DNA of 64,000 nt from an uncultured delta proteobacterium (GCA_963828255.1 CAWHDZ010000040.1:128001-192000); one strand, 5' to 3'; positions 31,535 through 48,676 are shown, numbered from the stretch's first letter. Program-made: numbers and translations. Notes: a model not told the origin generated them from the letters alone.

Positions 31535-33214
31535 ATGCGAAGCGACATCATCAAGAAGGGGTACGAGCGCGCTCCCCACCGAAGCCTGCTGCGCGCCACG
31601 GGTCTCGTGGACGCCGACTTCGACAAGCCGTTCATCGGCGTCTGCAACAGCCAGGTGGACATCATCCCCGGCCACATCCACCTGGCCGGCTACGGCCAGA
31701 TCGTCAAGGAGGAGATCCGCAAGGCCGGCGGCGTTCCCTTCGAGTTCCACACCATCGGCGTGGACGACGGGATCGCCATGGGGCACTCCGGGATGCTCTA
31801 CAGCCTGCCGTCCCGCGAGCTCATCGCCGACTCGGTCGAGACCATGATGAACGCCCACGCGCTCGACGCCATGGTCTGCATCCCCAACTGCGACAAGATC
31901 GTGCCGGGCATGCTCATGGGGGCGCTGCGCGTCGACGTGCCCACCGTCTTCGTCTCGGGTGGGGCCATGAAGGCGGGCAAGCTCGCCGACGGCACGGAGA
32001 TCGACCTGGCCACCGCCTTCGAGGCGGTGGGCATGCGGGCCCAGGGCAAGATGACCGACGCGGAGCTCTACGAGATAGAGTGCAAGGCCTGCCCGGGCGC
32101 CGGCTCCTGCTCGGGCATGTTCACCGCCAACTCGATGAACGTGCTCTGCGAGGCCATGGGGATCGCGCTCCCGGGCAACGGCACGGCCGTGGCGCTCTCG
32201 CCCGAGCGGGAGGCGCTGCTCCGGCGGGCGGCCCGGCGCGCCGTGGAGATCGCCGGCGACGATCGGTTCCGCATGCGCCGCATCGTGAACGAGGACGCCA
32301 TCTGGAACGCGCTGGTGGTGGACATGGCCATGGGGGGCAGCTCCAACACCGTGCTCCACATGCTGGCCATCGCGGCCGAGGCGGGCGTGCCGCTCGACCT
32401 GGGCACCATCGACCGGATCGGCCGCCAGGTGGCCCACGTGGCCAAGATCGCCCCGTCCCTCTCCACCGTGCACATCGAGGACGTGGGGCGGGCCGGCGGC
32501 GTGTCGGCGGTCCTCCACGAGGTGGCCCGGCGGGGCGACGTGGTCCGCAAGCGCGCGCTCACCGTCACGGGGGAGACCATCGGCGAGCGCATCCGCGAGG
32601 CCGAGGCCACCGACCGGAACGTCATCCGCTCCATCGACGACCCCTACTCGGCGGTCGGGGGCATCGCCGTCCTGCACGGAAACCTGGCCGCCGAGGGCGC
32701 GGTGGTGAAGACGGCCGGCATCGCCCCCGGCCTGCGGCGGATGGCCGGGAAGGCCCTCTGCTTCGACTCCCAGGACGACGCCATCGCCGGGATCATGGCC
32801 GGAAAGGTGCAGGCCGGGCACATGGTGATCATCCGCTACGAGGGGCCGAAGGGTGGCCCGGGCATGCAGGAGATGCTCTCGCCCACCAGCCTCATCATGG
32901 GCATGGGGCTCGGCGACAAGGTGGGGCTCGTCACCGACGGCCGGTTCTCCGGGGCCACGCGCGGCGTCTGCGTCGGGCACGTCTCGCCCGAGGCGGCCGA
33001 GGGGGGCGTCATCGCGCTCGTGCGGGACGGCGATGAGGTCGTGGTGGACATCGACGGCCGGAAGCTCGAGGTCCTGCTGACGCCGGAGGAGCTCGACCGG
33101 CGCCGTGCGGTGCTCCGCCCCCGCAAGAGGGACGTTCCGTCGAAGTGGCTGCGCCGCTATGCGGCCATGGTGGAGAACGCCTCCAAGGGGGCGGTGCTGC
33201 GCAGCGAGTTCTAG
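31535..33214 (+). CDS. ilvD: Dihydroxy-acid dehydratase
   Basis: [61 protein letters not shown]. Confidence 0.97.
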   Translation: MRSDIIKKGYERAPHRSLLRATGLVDADFDKPFIGVCNSQVDIIPGHIHLAGYGQIVKEEIRKAGGVPFEFHTIGVDDGIAMGHSGMLYSLPSRELIADSVETMMNAHALDAMVCIPNCDKIVPGMLMGALRVDVPTVFVSGGAMKAGKLADGTEIDLATAFEAVGMRAQGKMTDAELYEIECKACPGAGSCSGMFTANSMNVLCEAMGIALPGNGTAVALSPEREALLRRAARRAVEIAGDDRFRMRRIVNEDAIWNALVVDMAMGGSSNTVLHMLAIAAEAGVPLDLGTIDRIGRQVAHVAKIAPSLSTVHIEDVGRAGGVSAVLHEVARRGDVVRKRALTVTGETIGERIREAEATDRNVIRSIDDPYSAVGGIAVLHGNLAAEGAVVKTAGIAPGLRRMAGKALCFDSQDDAIAGIMAGKVQAGHMVIIRYEGPKGGPGMQEMLSPTSLIMGMGLGDKVGLVTDGRFSGATRGVCVGHVSPEAAEGGVIALVRDGDEVVVDIDGRKLEVLLTPEELDRRRAVLRPRKRDVPSKWLRRYAAMVENASKGAVLRSEF

Positions 33215-33230
33215 TCCCGGGGGTGGAGCC

Positions 33231-33479
33231 ATGGAGATCTCCGAAGGCCGGGCGGAGCAGTTCGAGGCGGAGATCCGGCGTCGAATCAGCCTCCATCTGG
33301 AAAACGTCCGGGACACCGCGCCCGACGGTCCCGCCCTGGGCCTCGAGGACATCCGAGCCCTGGAGCAGGGCTTCGCCTGGGAGGTCCTCCACGAGCCGGG
33401 GTGGGAGGATGTCCAGTCGATCTGGAAGGGCGAAGGGGTCTACGAGGAGTTCGAGGAGATGCTCGGGTCTCGCTCGTAG
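33231..33479 (+). CDS. Small acidic hypothetical protein
   Basis: GGAG SD, 82 aa, GC3-biased codons. Confidence 0.55.
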   Translation: MEISEGRAEQFEAEIRRRISLHLENVRDTAPDGPALGLEDIRALEQGFAWEVLHEPGWEDVQSIWKGEGVYEEFEEMLGSRS

Positions 33480-33774
33480 CTGGCGAGGACGACCCCTCGG
33501 GCGCACGCAAGGCCGGAGTCGATTTCACGGGCCGTCCGTTCCGCGGACCGTCGGCCAGATGGGGCGTGCGGGAACGCTCTATTGACAGGGTTTCCGTTGG
33601 ATTCGCTTCCCGTGAAGTGGTCGCCGCGGGAATGCCCCTGTCGCTTCGCCAGCGCCCCGTGCACGCGCCTCCGGAACTCCTGGCGAGGTTCGAGATCTCC
33701 CGGTGAAAGGACGCGGGGGCGAGGATCCTCGTGCGTTCCAGAGGGCCCGGAAATCCCGTGAGACACTGCCTTTC

Positions 33775-40645
<6,871 letters not shown>

Positions 40646-40732
40646 GGAAGAGGTACTCTACGATCGAACGGCGATGTGCGCCCGATCGACGGCGGGTCGA
40701 CAGGGGAGGGCGGCCCGTGGTTCATTCGGACG

Positions 40733-41473
40733 GTGGAGGTACCCCGGCTCACCGAGCCCTTCGAGGCGCGCAGCTACGCGGTGGACGCCTTTGGACTGCT
40801 CACCGCGCCTGCGCTCTCCGGCTGGCTCCAGGAGGCGGCAGGGCGCCACGCCGACCGGCTGGGAGTGGGGGTCGAGCCGCTCCAGGCCCGTGGCCTCACC
40901 TGGGTGCTGGCCCGCCAGGCGGTGGTGGTCGATCGGCCGGTCGCGCTCGGGGAGCGGGCCGAGGTGGTCACCTGGCCGAGCGGGGCCGACCGGCTCTCCG
41001 CGCTCCGGGACTTCGAGGTCCGGGTCGATGGCGAGACGCGCGCGCGGGCGGTGACCCAGTGGATCGTCCTCGACCTCGCAACCCGGAAGCCGGTGCGCCC
41101 GGGATCGGTCCTGCCGCTCGAACTGGTCGAGAAGATGGATCACGTCCTGCCTCTCCCCGGCGGTCGCCCGGCCATCCCCGACCCGGTCGAGGTGGAACGC
41201 CCCTTCACCACCCGGTACCGCGACATCGACCGGAATCGCCACGTCACCAACGCCACCTACGTCGAGTGGGCCTGCGAGGCCATCCCGGAGGCGGTCTGGC
41301 GATCCCGGCGGCTCCGTTCGTTCGAGGCCTTCTTCATCGCCGAGTGCCTGCACGGCAGCCGCATCCTCTCCCGCTCGTCGGCCGTGGGGGACGGCCTCTT
41401 CGTCCACTCGGTGGTGCGGGAGGAGGACCAGAAGGAACTGGCGCGGCTGCGGACCTCCTGGGTGGATCGCTAG
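40733..41473 (+). CDS. Acyl-ACP thioesterase (FatA/FatB-like double hotdog)
   Basis: WLQEAAGRHA, WVLAR, RDFEV, RYRDIDRNRHVTNATYVEWACEAIP. Confidence 0.88.
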   Translation: MEVPRLTEPFEARSYAVDAFGLLTAPALSGWLQEAAGRHADRLGVGVEPLQARGLTWVLARQAVVVDRPVALGERAEVVTWPSGADRLSALRDFEVRVDGETRARAVTQWIVLDLATRKPVRPGSVLPLELVEKMDHVLPLPGGRPAIPDPVEVERPFTTRYRDIDRNRHVTNATYVEWACEAIPEAVWRSRRLRSFEAFFIAECLHGSRILSRSSAVGDGLFVHSVVREEDQKELARLRTSWVDR

Positions 41474-41572
41474 CTCCGTCCCCCCCTTGCACCGGGGAGC
41501 GTCCTCCCTCATTCTCAGCGGTTCGACGTCGCAGGGGACCCGAAAGCGGGATCGGGCGGAGGAAGGCGGGAG

Positions 41573-43489
41573 ATGGCCACGACGGGGAGGTCGAAGCCGA
41601 AGAAGGGCAAGCCGCCGGCGAAGGCGAAGCGGGGGTCCAGGCCCCCGTCGAAACCCGCTCCCAGGCCGAAACCGGCGCCGAAGCCGGCGTCGAAACCGGC
41701 GCCCAAGGCCCCCGCGCAGCGCCCCCGGCTTCCCTCCGGTACCCCCGCGCCTGCGCCGAAGCCGCGCCCCCTGCATCCCCCGGTCGGGCCCCAGAGGCTC
41801 ACGCTCCCTCCGTCGCTGGCGCGGGAGGTGAAGGGCACCGTCGCCGAATGGGTGGCGGGGGAGAAGATGGCTCGTCTCTGGCGAGGGGACTCGACCCTCT
41901 GGACAGGCAGGGACGAGGACCGCTGGGTGGGCTGGCTGCGGCTCGTCGAGCAGCAGCGCGCCCGCCGCGAGGAGTTCGGCAGGGTCTCCGAGGACGTGCG
42001 CCTGGCCGGCTTCGCCCACGCGGTCGTGCTGGGCATGGGCGGCTCGAGCCTCTGCCCCGACGTCTTCGCCCGCACCTTCGGCCGCGTGCCGGGCCACCCG
42101 GTGCTCCACGTCCTCGACTCCACCGTGCCCGCGCAGATCCGCTCGCTCGAGCGGGAGATCGACCTGCGCCGGACGCTCTTCATCGTGGCGTCCAAGTCGG
42201 GGACCACCATCGAGCCGGCCGCGCTCCTCGCCCACTTCCTCGACCGGACCCGGAGCCTCCTGGGAGGCCAGGCCGAGAGCCGCTTCGTGGCCATCACCGA
42301 CCCGGGAACGGACCTGGAAAGGCAGGCCCAGCGCGAGGGCTTCCGAAAGGTCTTCCACGGGCTCCCCAACGTGGGCGGCCGCTTCTCCGCGCTCTCCCAC
42401 TTCGGCATGGTCCCGGCCGCTGCAATGGGGGTGAGCGTGCCGCGCCTGCTCGACCGTGCGCTCGTCATGGCCGACGCCTGCGCAGCCGATCGTCCCGGCG
42501 ACGACAACCCCGGGCTCGTCCTGGGGGTCGTGCTGGGCGCGGCAGCCCGCGACGGCGTGGACAAGCTCACCCTGGTGGCCTCGCCGGGGATCGCCGGCCT
42601 GGCGGACTGGATCGAGCAGCTGGTGGCCGAGTCGCTGGGGAAGCACGGGAAGGGGGTCGTGCCGGTGGTCGGCGAGCCGGTCGGAGCGCCCCGGGCCGGC
42701 GGGGAGGATCGACTCCACGTGTACGTGCGGCTCTCCTTCGCGCCGTCGGAGGAGCAGGACCGGGCCGTCGCCGCGCTGGAGCGGGCCGGGGCTCCGGTGG
42801 TCCGCATCGACCTCTCCGACCCCTCCGACATCGGCCAGGAGTTCTTCCGCTGGGAGATCGCCACCGCCGTCGCCGGATCCATCCTGGGAGTGAACCCCTT
42901 CGACCAGCCCGACGTGGAGGCATCCAAGGTGGCGGCGCGCAAGGTGACGGCGGCGGTCGAGGAGACGGGGACGCTTCCGCCCGAGACGCCCGTCCTCCAG
43001 GGGAACGGGCTCCGCCTCTTCGCCGACCCGGAGAACGCCCACGCTCTCGCAGACGCCGCGCGCGAGTCCACGCCGGCCGGCTGGATCCGGGCCCATCTGG
43101 CCCGGCTCGGCAAGGGGGACTACCTGGCCTTGAACGCCTTCCTGGAGCAGAGCGCGCCGGTGACGGCGGCGCTCCAGGAGATCCGCGAGGCGGTTCGCGC
43201 CTCGGCCCACGTGGCCACCACGCTGGGGTTCGGCCCCCGCTTCCTCCACTCCACCGGTCAGCTCCACAAGGGCGGGCCGAAGAGCGGGCTCTTCCTCCAG
43301 CTCACCGCCGACGACGCCGAGCCGCTGCCCATCCCGGGGCGGCGATTCGGCTTCGGCGAGCTCTGCCGGGCCCAGGCCCGCGGCGACCAGGAGATCCTGG
43401 CCGCGCGGGGGCGGCGCATCCTCCGCGTGCACCTCGGCGCCGACGTGAAGGCGGGGCTCGCGGCGCTCCGCCGCGCCGTCGCCAGGTAG
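41573..43489 (+). CDS. Glucose-6-phosphate isomerase (Pgi half of Tal-Pgi type) with Pro/Lys-rich N-terminal extension
   Basis: LGMGGSSL, VASKSGTTIE, AITDPGT, VGGRFSALS, EQLVAESLGK, NPFDQPDVEASK, GPRFLHSTGQLHKGGP. Confidence 0.88.
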   Translation: MATTGRSKPKKGKPPAKAKRGSRPPSKPAPRPKPAPKPASKPAPKAPAQRPRLPSGTPAPAPKPRPLHPPVGPQRLTLPPSLAREVKGTVAEWVAGEKMARLWRGDSTLWTGRDEDRWVGWLRLVEQQRARREEFGRVSEDVRLAGFAHAVVLGMGGSSLCPDVFARTFGRVPGHPVLHVLDSTVPAQIRSLEREIDLRRTLFIVASKSGTTIEPAALLAHFLDRTRSLLGGQAESRFVAITDPGTDLERQAQREGFRKVFHGLPNVGGRFSALSHFGMVPAAAMGVSVPRLLDRALVMADACAADRPGDDNPGLVLGVVLGAAARDGVDKLTLVASPGIAGLADWIEQLVAESLGKHGKGVVPVVGEPVGAPRAGGEDRLHVYVRLSFAPSEEQDRAVAALERAGAPVVRIDLSDPSDIGQEFFRWEIATAVAGSILGVNPFDQPDVEASKVAARKVTAAVEETGTLPPETPVLQGNGLRLFADPENAHALADAARESTPAGWIRAHLARLGKGDYLALNAFLEQSAPVTAALQEIREAVRASAHVATTLGFGPRFLHSTGQLHKGGPKSGLFLQLTADDAEPLPIPGRRFGFGELCRAQARGDQEILAARGRRILRVHLGADVKAGLAALRRAVAR

Positions 43490-43493
43490 GGCC

Positions 43494-44906
43494 TCAGGGC
43501 GAGAGCTGGGAGAGGATCTTCGGGTCCTTCTCGTCCACCGCGAGCAGGGAGTGGCAGAGGCCGCAGTCCTGCGAGATCCCCTTGCCGGACGGGTCAACGT
43601 GGTCGCCGTCGTGGCAACGGAAGCACCCCGGCGCCTGGTCGTGGCCGAGGAAGCTCGGGTAGGTGCCCCAGGTGATCTTCATCGAGGGCCAGACGTTCCA
43701 GGCGTGGATGTCGCCGAGCGCCCGTCCGGCCGCGCTCACCGCGCCCTCCCGGGCGGCGAAGGCGGCCGGATCGAGCTTCCGGTAGAAGTCGGTGATCCGC
43801 TTCTCGATCCCGGCCCGTGCCGCCGCGTGGTCGGGGTAGGTCGCCTGGATGGCCGCGAGCCCCTCGCGCTTGATCCAGGGGAGCGCGACGTCGATCCGGT
43901 GGGCCTGGATGGCCTCGTCGATCTCGGGTCCCGGCTCGCGAAAGCGGTGGGTGGGGCGGTTGTGGCAGTCCACGCAGTCCATGGTGCGCCAGGCCCCGGC
44001 GGGCGGAAGGGTGGCCGGGGAGTCCTTGGTCCGGAAGAGCACGGTCTTCCCGTCGGCCCAGGTTGCCTCGACGGTGGAGATGGCGTTCCGGTTCTCGTCG
44101 GACAGGTAACGGATGTGGACGCCCTGGGCGACGTGGGCGTGGATGCCCTTGATGGGGCCGGTGGCCGATTGCCCGCCGCCCACGTGGAGGAGGGCCACGG
44201 TCTTCTTCTCGGTGTTGTCCTGGTCCTCCGCGTAGTGGGTGGTGATGCGCAGCCGGTCGCCGGTGAACTTGGACGGCCAGTGACACTCCTCGCAGGTCTC
44301 CTGGGCAGGGCGGAGGTTGTGGATTGGGACCGGGACGGGGCGCTGGTAGAGGTCGAAGGTGACCGAGATGAGCTGCCAGGCCCCGGAGAGCTTCGACTTC
44401 ACGAACCAGCTGGCCCCCTCGCCGATGTGGCACTGCACGCAGCCGACGCGCGCGTGGGGCGAGCGCTGGTAGGCGGTGACCTCCGGATCCATGACCGAGT
44501 GGCAGGAGCCGCAGAATCCCACCGAGTCCATCACCTGGAGCCCCTTGTAGCCGGCCACCCCCAGGATGAGGACGTTCAGCGTGGTGAGCACGGCGAAGAT
44601 CAGGACCCGCCGTCGCGTCAGGTCGTCGTTGAGGTCGACGACGGGGAGGTGGGGGATCTCCTCGCCCCTCTCGGCGGCGAGGCGGGCACGCCGCCTCGCG
44701 AGCCAGCTCCCGAAGGGGATGAGCAGGAGCCCCAGCACGAAGAAGCCGGGGAGCACCAGGAAGGCGGCGATGCCGATGTACGGGCTCCCCACGAATCCCT
44801 GGATGGCCGCCGCGGCAAGTCCGACGATGAGAACGCCGGAGACCGTGGTGAGGGCGGCGCCGAGGATGCCGATGGTGGTCGTGGGGATACCGGGCGAGTG
44901 CTTCAC
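43494..44906 (-). CDS. Membrane-anchored NapC/NirT-family multiheme cytochrome c (6 CxxCH)
   Basis: Three N-terminal TM helices; CGSCH, CVQCH, CEECH, CVDCH, CFRCH, CGLCH. Confidence 0.9.
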   Translation of the reverse strand: MKHSPGIPTTTIGILGAALTTVSGVLIVGLAAAAIQGFVGSPYIGIAAFLVLPGFFVLGLLLIPFGSWLARRRARLAAERGEEIPHLPVVDLNDDLTRRRVLIFAVLTTLNVLILGVAGYKGLQVMDSVGFCGSCHSVMDPEVTAYQRSPHARVGCVQCHIGEGASWFVKSKLSGAWQLISVTFDLYQRPVPVPIHNLRPAQETCEECHWPSKFTGDRLRITTHYAEDQDNTEKKTVALLHVGGGQSATGPIKGIHAHVAQGVHIRYLSDENRNAISTVEATWADGKTVLFRTKDSPATLPPAGAWRTMDCVDCHNRPTHRFREPGPEIDEAIQAHRIDVALPWIKREGLAAIQATYPDHAAARAGIEKRITDFYRKLDPAAFAAREGAVSAAGRALGDIHAWNVWPSMKITWGTYPSFLGHDQAPGCFRCHDGDHVDPSGKGISQDCGLCHSLLAVDEKDPKILSQLSP

Positions 44907-45024
44907 GGAGCCTCCGGTGACGAAACGGTCGCGCCGAGTGTTGCACGGCTCGGAAGGGATGTGTCGGAACGGATGGGGCGCGGGGTAGCATGGCGTCCCA
45001 CCCGTTGGGGGATTGGAGGCGGAC

Positions 45025-46050
45025 ATGGTCGCGGGTCACGACGTGCTGGTGGTCGGCGCCGGCGTCTCCGGACTCTCCTGCGCAAGGGCCGCAGCCGCGG
45101 CGGGCCGCGACGTCCTGCTCCTCGACCGGGCGCGCGGCGTGGGAGGGCGCTGCGCCACCCACCGACTCCTCGGGATGCCCTTCGACCTCGGGGTCTCCTT
45201 CCTTCACGGCCGGGACCCGGACTACCTGGCGGCCGTCCGCGCCGCCTGTCCCCGACGGATCGAGGGCTGGCCGCGCCGCGTCCGGGGGACGGGGCGGCCC
45301 TGCCAGCCGGAGGCCTTCCGCGCCGGGGAAGAGCGCATCGCCGTGGTCGACGGGGTGACGAGGTTTCCCCGGGAGCTGGCGTCCGGGCTGCCGGTCCGCA
45401 CCGGCGCACGGGTGGAGTCGCTCGACCTCTCGGGACCGCTGCCTGCGGCGCTCCTCGAGGGGGGGGAGGCCGTCCGGGCCAGGCACCTCGTCCTCGCGCT
45501 CGCCCCGGAGCAGGTGCTCCGGCTGCTCGACGGGACGCCCGGGCTGCCCCGGTCGCTCTCCGCCATCCGGGCCGTCCTCGAGACCTCGGCGAGCGAGCCC
45601 TCGCTGTCCCTCTGCGCCGCGTACCCGGAGGGAACGCCGTTTCCGGAGTGGGACGCCTGGTATCCCGAGGACTCCCGCGCGCTGCAGTACCTGGGGAACG
45701 AGTCGGGTAAGCGGGAGGCCGCGCCCTTCGTGGGGCTGGTGATCCAGGCGCAGCCCTCCTGGGCGCGCCGGCGCCTCGACGACCCCGACTGGCCCGCCGC
45801 CCTGCTCGCCGAGGCGGCGCGCGTCGCCGGCGACTGGGCCGGCCGGCCGTCCTCGACCCACGCCCACCGGTGGAGGTACGCCCGGTCCGACCTCGCCTCC
45901 GAGCTGGCCGGCCCGGTCCTGGTCAGGCTGCCGTCCGGGGGATCGGTGGGGATCTGCGGGGATCGGTTCGCGCCGGGTGGCGGCGTGGAGGCGGCCTGGA
46001 TATCCGGTAGGGAGCTCGGGCGGCGTCTCGCCGCCCCGGAGGTGGCATGA
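45025..46050 (+). CDS. Renalase-like NAD/FAD-dependent oxidoreductase
   Basis: VVGAGVSGL, GVGGRCATHR...FDLG, HRWRYA, CGD...GVEAAWISG. Confidence 0.85.
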   Translation: MVAGHDVLVVGAGVSGLSCARAAAAAGRDVLLLDRARGVGGRCATHRLLGMPFDLGVSFLHGRDPDYLAAVRAACPRRIEGWPRRVRGTGRPCQPEAFRAGEERIAVVDGVTRFPRELASGLPVRTGARVESLDLSGPLPAALLEGGEAVRARHLVLALAPEQVLRLLDGTPGLPRSLSAIRAVLETSASEPSLSLCAAYPEGTPFPEWDAWYPEDSRALQYLGNESGKREAAPFVGLVIQAQPSWARRRLDDPDWPAALLAEAARVAGDWAGRPSSTHAHRWRYARSDLASELAGPVLVRLPSGGSVGICGDRFAPGGGVEAAWISGRELGRRLAAPEVA

Positions 46051-46775
46051 GCCAGGGGAAGGATGCGCTGCGCGGCCTGGTGGCGCGCGACCGGGATCAC
46101 GAGTGCGATGGGTTCGGCCCGGCGCGGGTCTGCGTCCGGGTGGTGGCGGTGGCCGAGCTCCCCACGCGCTTCGGCCACTTCCGCCTGGTCGGGTTCTGGA
46201 ACAACCGGGACGGCAAGGAGCACGTGGCCATGGTGCACGGCGACGTGGTCGGCGATGCCGATGTCGCGGTCCGGCTCCACTCGGAGTGCCTGACGGGCGA
46301 CGTGATGGGATCCCTGCGCTGCGACTGCCGCGACCAGCTCACCGAGGGGCTTCGGGCCATCCAGCGGGAGGGGAGTGGCATCCTGCTCTATTTGCGCCAG
46401 GAGGGGAGGGGCATCGGGCTGCTCAACAAGATCCGGGCCTACGCGCTCCAGGAACAGGGGCTCGACACGGTGGAGGCCAACCAGGCCCTGGGGTTCCGGG
46501 ACGACGAGCGGGACTACGCCGTCGCCGCCCACATGCTGCGCAGCCTGGGAGTGAAGTCGGTCCGGGTGGTGACCAACAACCCCGACAAGATCCGGCAGCT
46601 GTCCCAGCACGGGATCGAGGTCTCGGGGCGCATCCCCCACGTCATCCCGCCCAACGAGTTCAACCGCTTCTACCTGGAGACCAAGGCGCGCCGCTCCGGC
46701 CACATGATCGACCTCGCCGAGGAGCGCCTGCCCGAGCAGAGCGACCCGGTGCTGGTCGAGGGCATGCCGCGGTAG
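46047..46775 (+). CDS. ribA: GTP cyclohydrolase II
   Basis: VRLHSECLTGD..GSLRCDCRDQL, QEGRGIGLLNKIRAY, DTVEAN, TNNPDK. Confidence 0.95.
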   Translation: MSQGKDALRGLVARDRDHECDGFGPARVCVRVVAVAELPTRFGHFRLVGFWNNRDGKEHVAMVHGDVVGDADVAVRLHSECLTGDVMGSLRCDCRDQLTEGLRAIQREGSGILLYLRQEGRGIGLLNKIRAYALQEQGLDTVEANQALGFRDDERDYAVAAHMLRSLGVKSVRVVTNNPDKIRQLSQHGIEVSGRIPHVIPPNEFNRFYLETKARRSGHMIDLAEERLPEQSDPVLVEGMPR

Positions 46776-46793
46776 GCGGAGAGGGAGGCCCAC

Positions 46794-47660
46794 GTGCACG
46801 TCCTCGTCGCCGGTGCGGGCTGGCTCGGCTCGGCGCTCTCCCGGGCGCTGGCCGCGGGAGGCCACCGGGTCACAGCCCTGCGGCGCGATCCGGCCCGCGC
46901 CGCCGCGCTCGCCTCGCCGGGAGTCACGCCGCTCGCGCTCGATCTCTGCGGCGCGGGGGCGGTGGAGCGGCTCCCTCGGGACCTCGATGCGGTGGTGGCG
47001 TGCCAGTCCGCCGGCGCCGATGGCCCGGAGGCCTACCGGCGGGCCTACCTGGACGCCACGGCCGCCCTGGTCGAGGGGCTGCGGAGGGCCGGCCGCCCGG
47101 CCGCGCTCGTCTACACCGGGTCCACGGGGGTCTTCGGCCAGCGGGACGGGAGCGACGTGGACGAGGAGACCGCTCCCGCACCGGCGAGCCCGACCGCCGA
47201 GGTGCTGGTCGAGGCGGAACGGCTCGTCACCGGTGCCGGGGCCGGAGTGCCGGGGCTCCGCGCCATGGTGCTGCGCCTCTCGGGGCTCTACGGCCCGGGC
47301 CGGAACTGGCCGGTCGAGCGGGTCCGGAGCGGCCACATCGCGATCGGGCCGGGAGACGGGGCGTGGCTCAACCTCTGTCACCTGGACGATGCGGTGGCCG
47401 CGGTGGTGGCTGCGGTCGAGCGCGGCGGCGGCGGGCGCGTGTACCACGCCACCGACGCCGAGCCGGTGCGGCGCCGCGACCTCGCGATCTGGGTGGCCGG
47501 GAGGCTCGAGATCCCTCCTCCGCGCCTCCCGGACGGCGCCCGCGCGCCGGGCCTCCCCGACCGGCGCATCCACGGCGAGCGGACCCGCGCCGAGCTGGGG
47601 CTCACGCTGGCCCACCCGACCTTCCGGGAAGGGCTCGCGATCGGCCTCTCGGGGTCCTAG
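46794..47660 (+). CDS. NAD-dependent epimerase/atypical SDR
   Basis: GTG start; AGAGWLG, STGVFG, LRLSGLYGPGR, HLDDA. Confidence 0.85.
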   Translation: MHVLVAGAGWLGSALSRALAAGGHRVTALRRDPARAAALASPGVTPLALDLCGAGAVERLPRDLDAVVACQSAGADGPEAYRRAYLDATAALVEGLRRAGRPAALVYTGSTGVFGQRDGSDVDEETAPAPASPTAEVLVEAERLVTGAGAGVPGLRAMVLRLSGLYGPGRNWPVERVRSGHIAIGPGDGAWLNLCHLDDAVAAVVAAVERGGGGRVYHATDAEPVRRRDLAIWVAGRLEIPPPRLPDGARAPGLPDRRIHGERTRAELGLTLAHPTFREGLAIGLSGS

Positions 47661-48517
47661 CCCGGATCGGGGCGGACGGGCAGGCTCTGCGCGGCGCCAC
47701 CCTCCCCGAAGACCCGGCGGAGCCCCCGGACCGCCATCGGCACCGAGGCAGCCAGCAGGGCTCCGGCCAGGAGGTCCACCGCGTAGTGGAGCGACAGGTA
47801 GACCGTGGCGAAGATGATGCCGACGACGGAGATGGCGAGCGGGATGCGGATCTTCCAGGTCGGGTAGAGCCGCCAGCCGTACCCCAGGTAGACGAGCGAG
47901 AGCGCGGTGTGGCCGCTCGGGAAGGCGTCGAGCTGGTTCACCTCGGCGGCCCGGAGGAAGTCCCGGACGCGTGCGCTGAAGGTGCCGCCGCCGAGGATCT
48001 GGAGCTCGAGCCCGTGCGGGATGCGGGGGCCGGTGGTGGGGAAGAAGAAGTAGCCGACGTAGGTGAGGAGCAGGGTGGTGATGAGCCCGAATCCCAGGTC
48101 GTCGAAGTCCTTCCAGCGTCCCTGCACCCAGAGGGCGATGCACATCCCGAAGGGGATGAAGTAGTAGCTCACGTAGAAGAGGGACGCTCCGTCGGTGAGC
48201 CAGTTCGGCCGGCCGAGCAAGTGGAACCAGGCCGGAACGAACGGTCCGAACCACCTCTCGTCGAGCGCCGCCATGGTGGCGTCGAAGCGCAAGGGGTTCA
48301 GCACGCCGATGAGCGGTCCGGCGACGTTGAAGAGCGTCACGACGATGGGCAGCGGCAGGAATGCGTGGGCCACCCGCCCGAGCTCGGATCGGCGCCCCCA
48401 CACCGCGGACCCCATCAACGCCAGCGCGAGGAGGGCGAGGAGCACCAGGAAGTGGGTCGGCTCCGGGTGGACCGTGGCCGCCACCAGCGCCAGGAAGGCG
48501 ATGAAGGCGAGCATCAT
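47657..48517 (-). CDS. PAP2-family phosphatase / phosphotransferase (start uncertain, may extend toward the poly-C tract)
   Basis: FFFPTTGPR, DAFPSGHT, TVYLSLHYAVDLLAG; multiple TM helices. Confidence 0.85.
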   Translation of the reverse strand: MMLAFIAFLALVAATVHPEPTHFLVLLALLALALMGSAVWGRRSELGRVAHAFLPLPIVVTLFNVAGPLIGVLNPLRFDATMAALDERWFGPFVPAWFHLLGRPNWLTDGASLFYVSYYFIPFGMCIALWVQGRWKDFDDLGFGLITTLLLTYVGYFFFPTTGPRIPHGLELQILGGGTFSARVRDFLRAAEVNQLDAFPSGHTALSLVYLGYGWRLYPTWKIRIPLAISVVGIIFATVYLSLHYAVDLLAGALLAASVPMAVRGLRRVFGEGGAAQSLPVRPDPG

Positions 48518-48590
48518 CTTGTCGAGCGGGGCGAACAAGGCGGCGCAGTCTACTCGATGGGGCCCCCGCGGGAGCAAGGAGGGGGTGCGG

Positions 48591-48612
48591 CCCCCCCCCC
48601 CCCCCCCCCCCC
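48591..48612. repeat. 22-nt poly-C homopolymer
   Basis: Direct count of uninterrupted C run in divergent intergenic region. Confidence 0.95.
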
Positions 48613-48629
48613 GGAGGGGGATTCCCCGG

Positions 48630-48664
48630 TCGAATCGATTGAAACGAATCGGCAAATTCGACAA
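48630..48664. promoter_or_regulatory. AT-rich candidate operator with 9-10-nt periodic repeats
   Basis: TCGAATC(48630), TTGAAAC(48639), TCGGCAA(48649), TCGACAA(48658) just upstream of the regulator. Confidence 0.4.
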
Positions 48665-48676
48665 GGGCAGGGGGCG

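Noticed and set aside
33620..33774. Fragments resembling a cobalamin riboswitch (GGGAA, CGGTGAAA, ACTGCC)
   Set aside because: Order and spacing do not fit and the B12-box is absent
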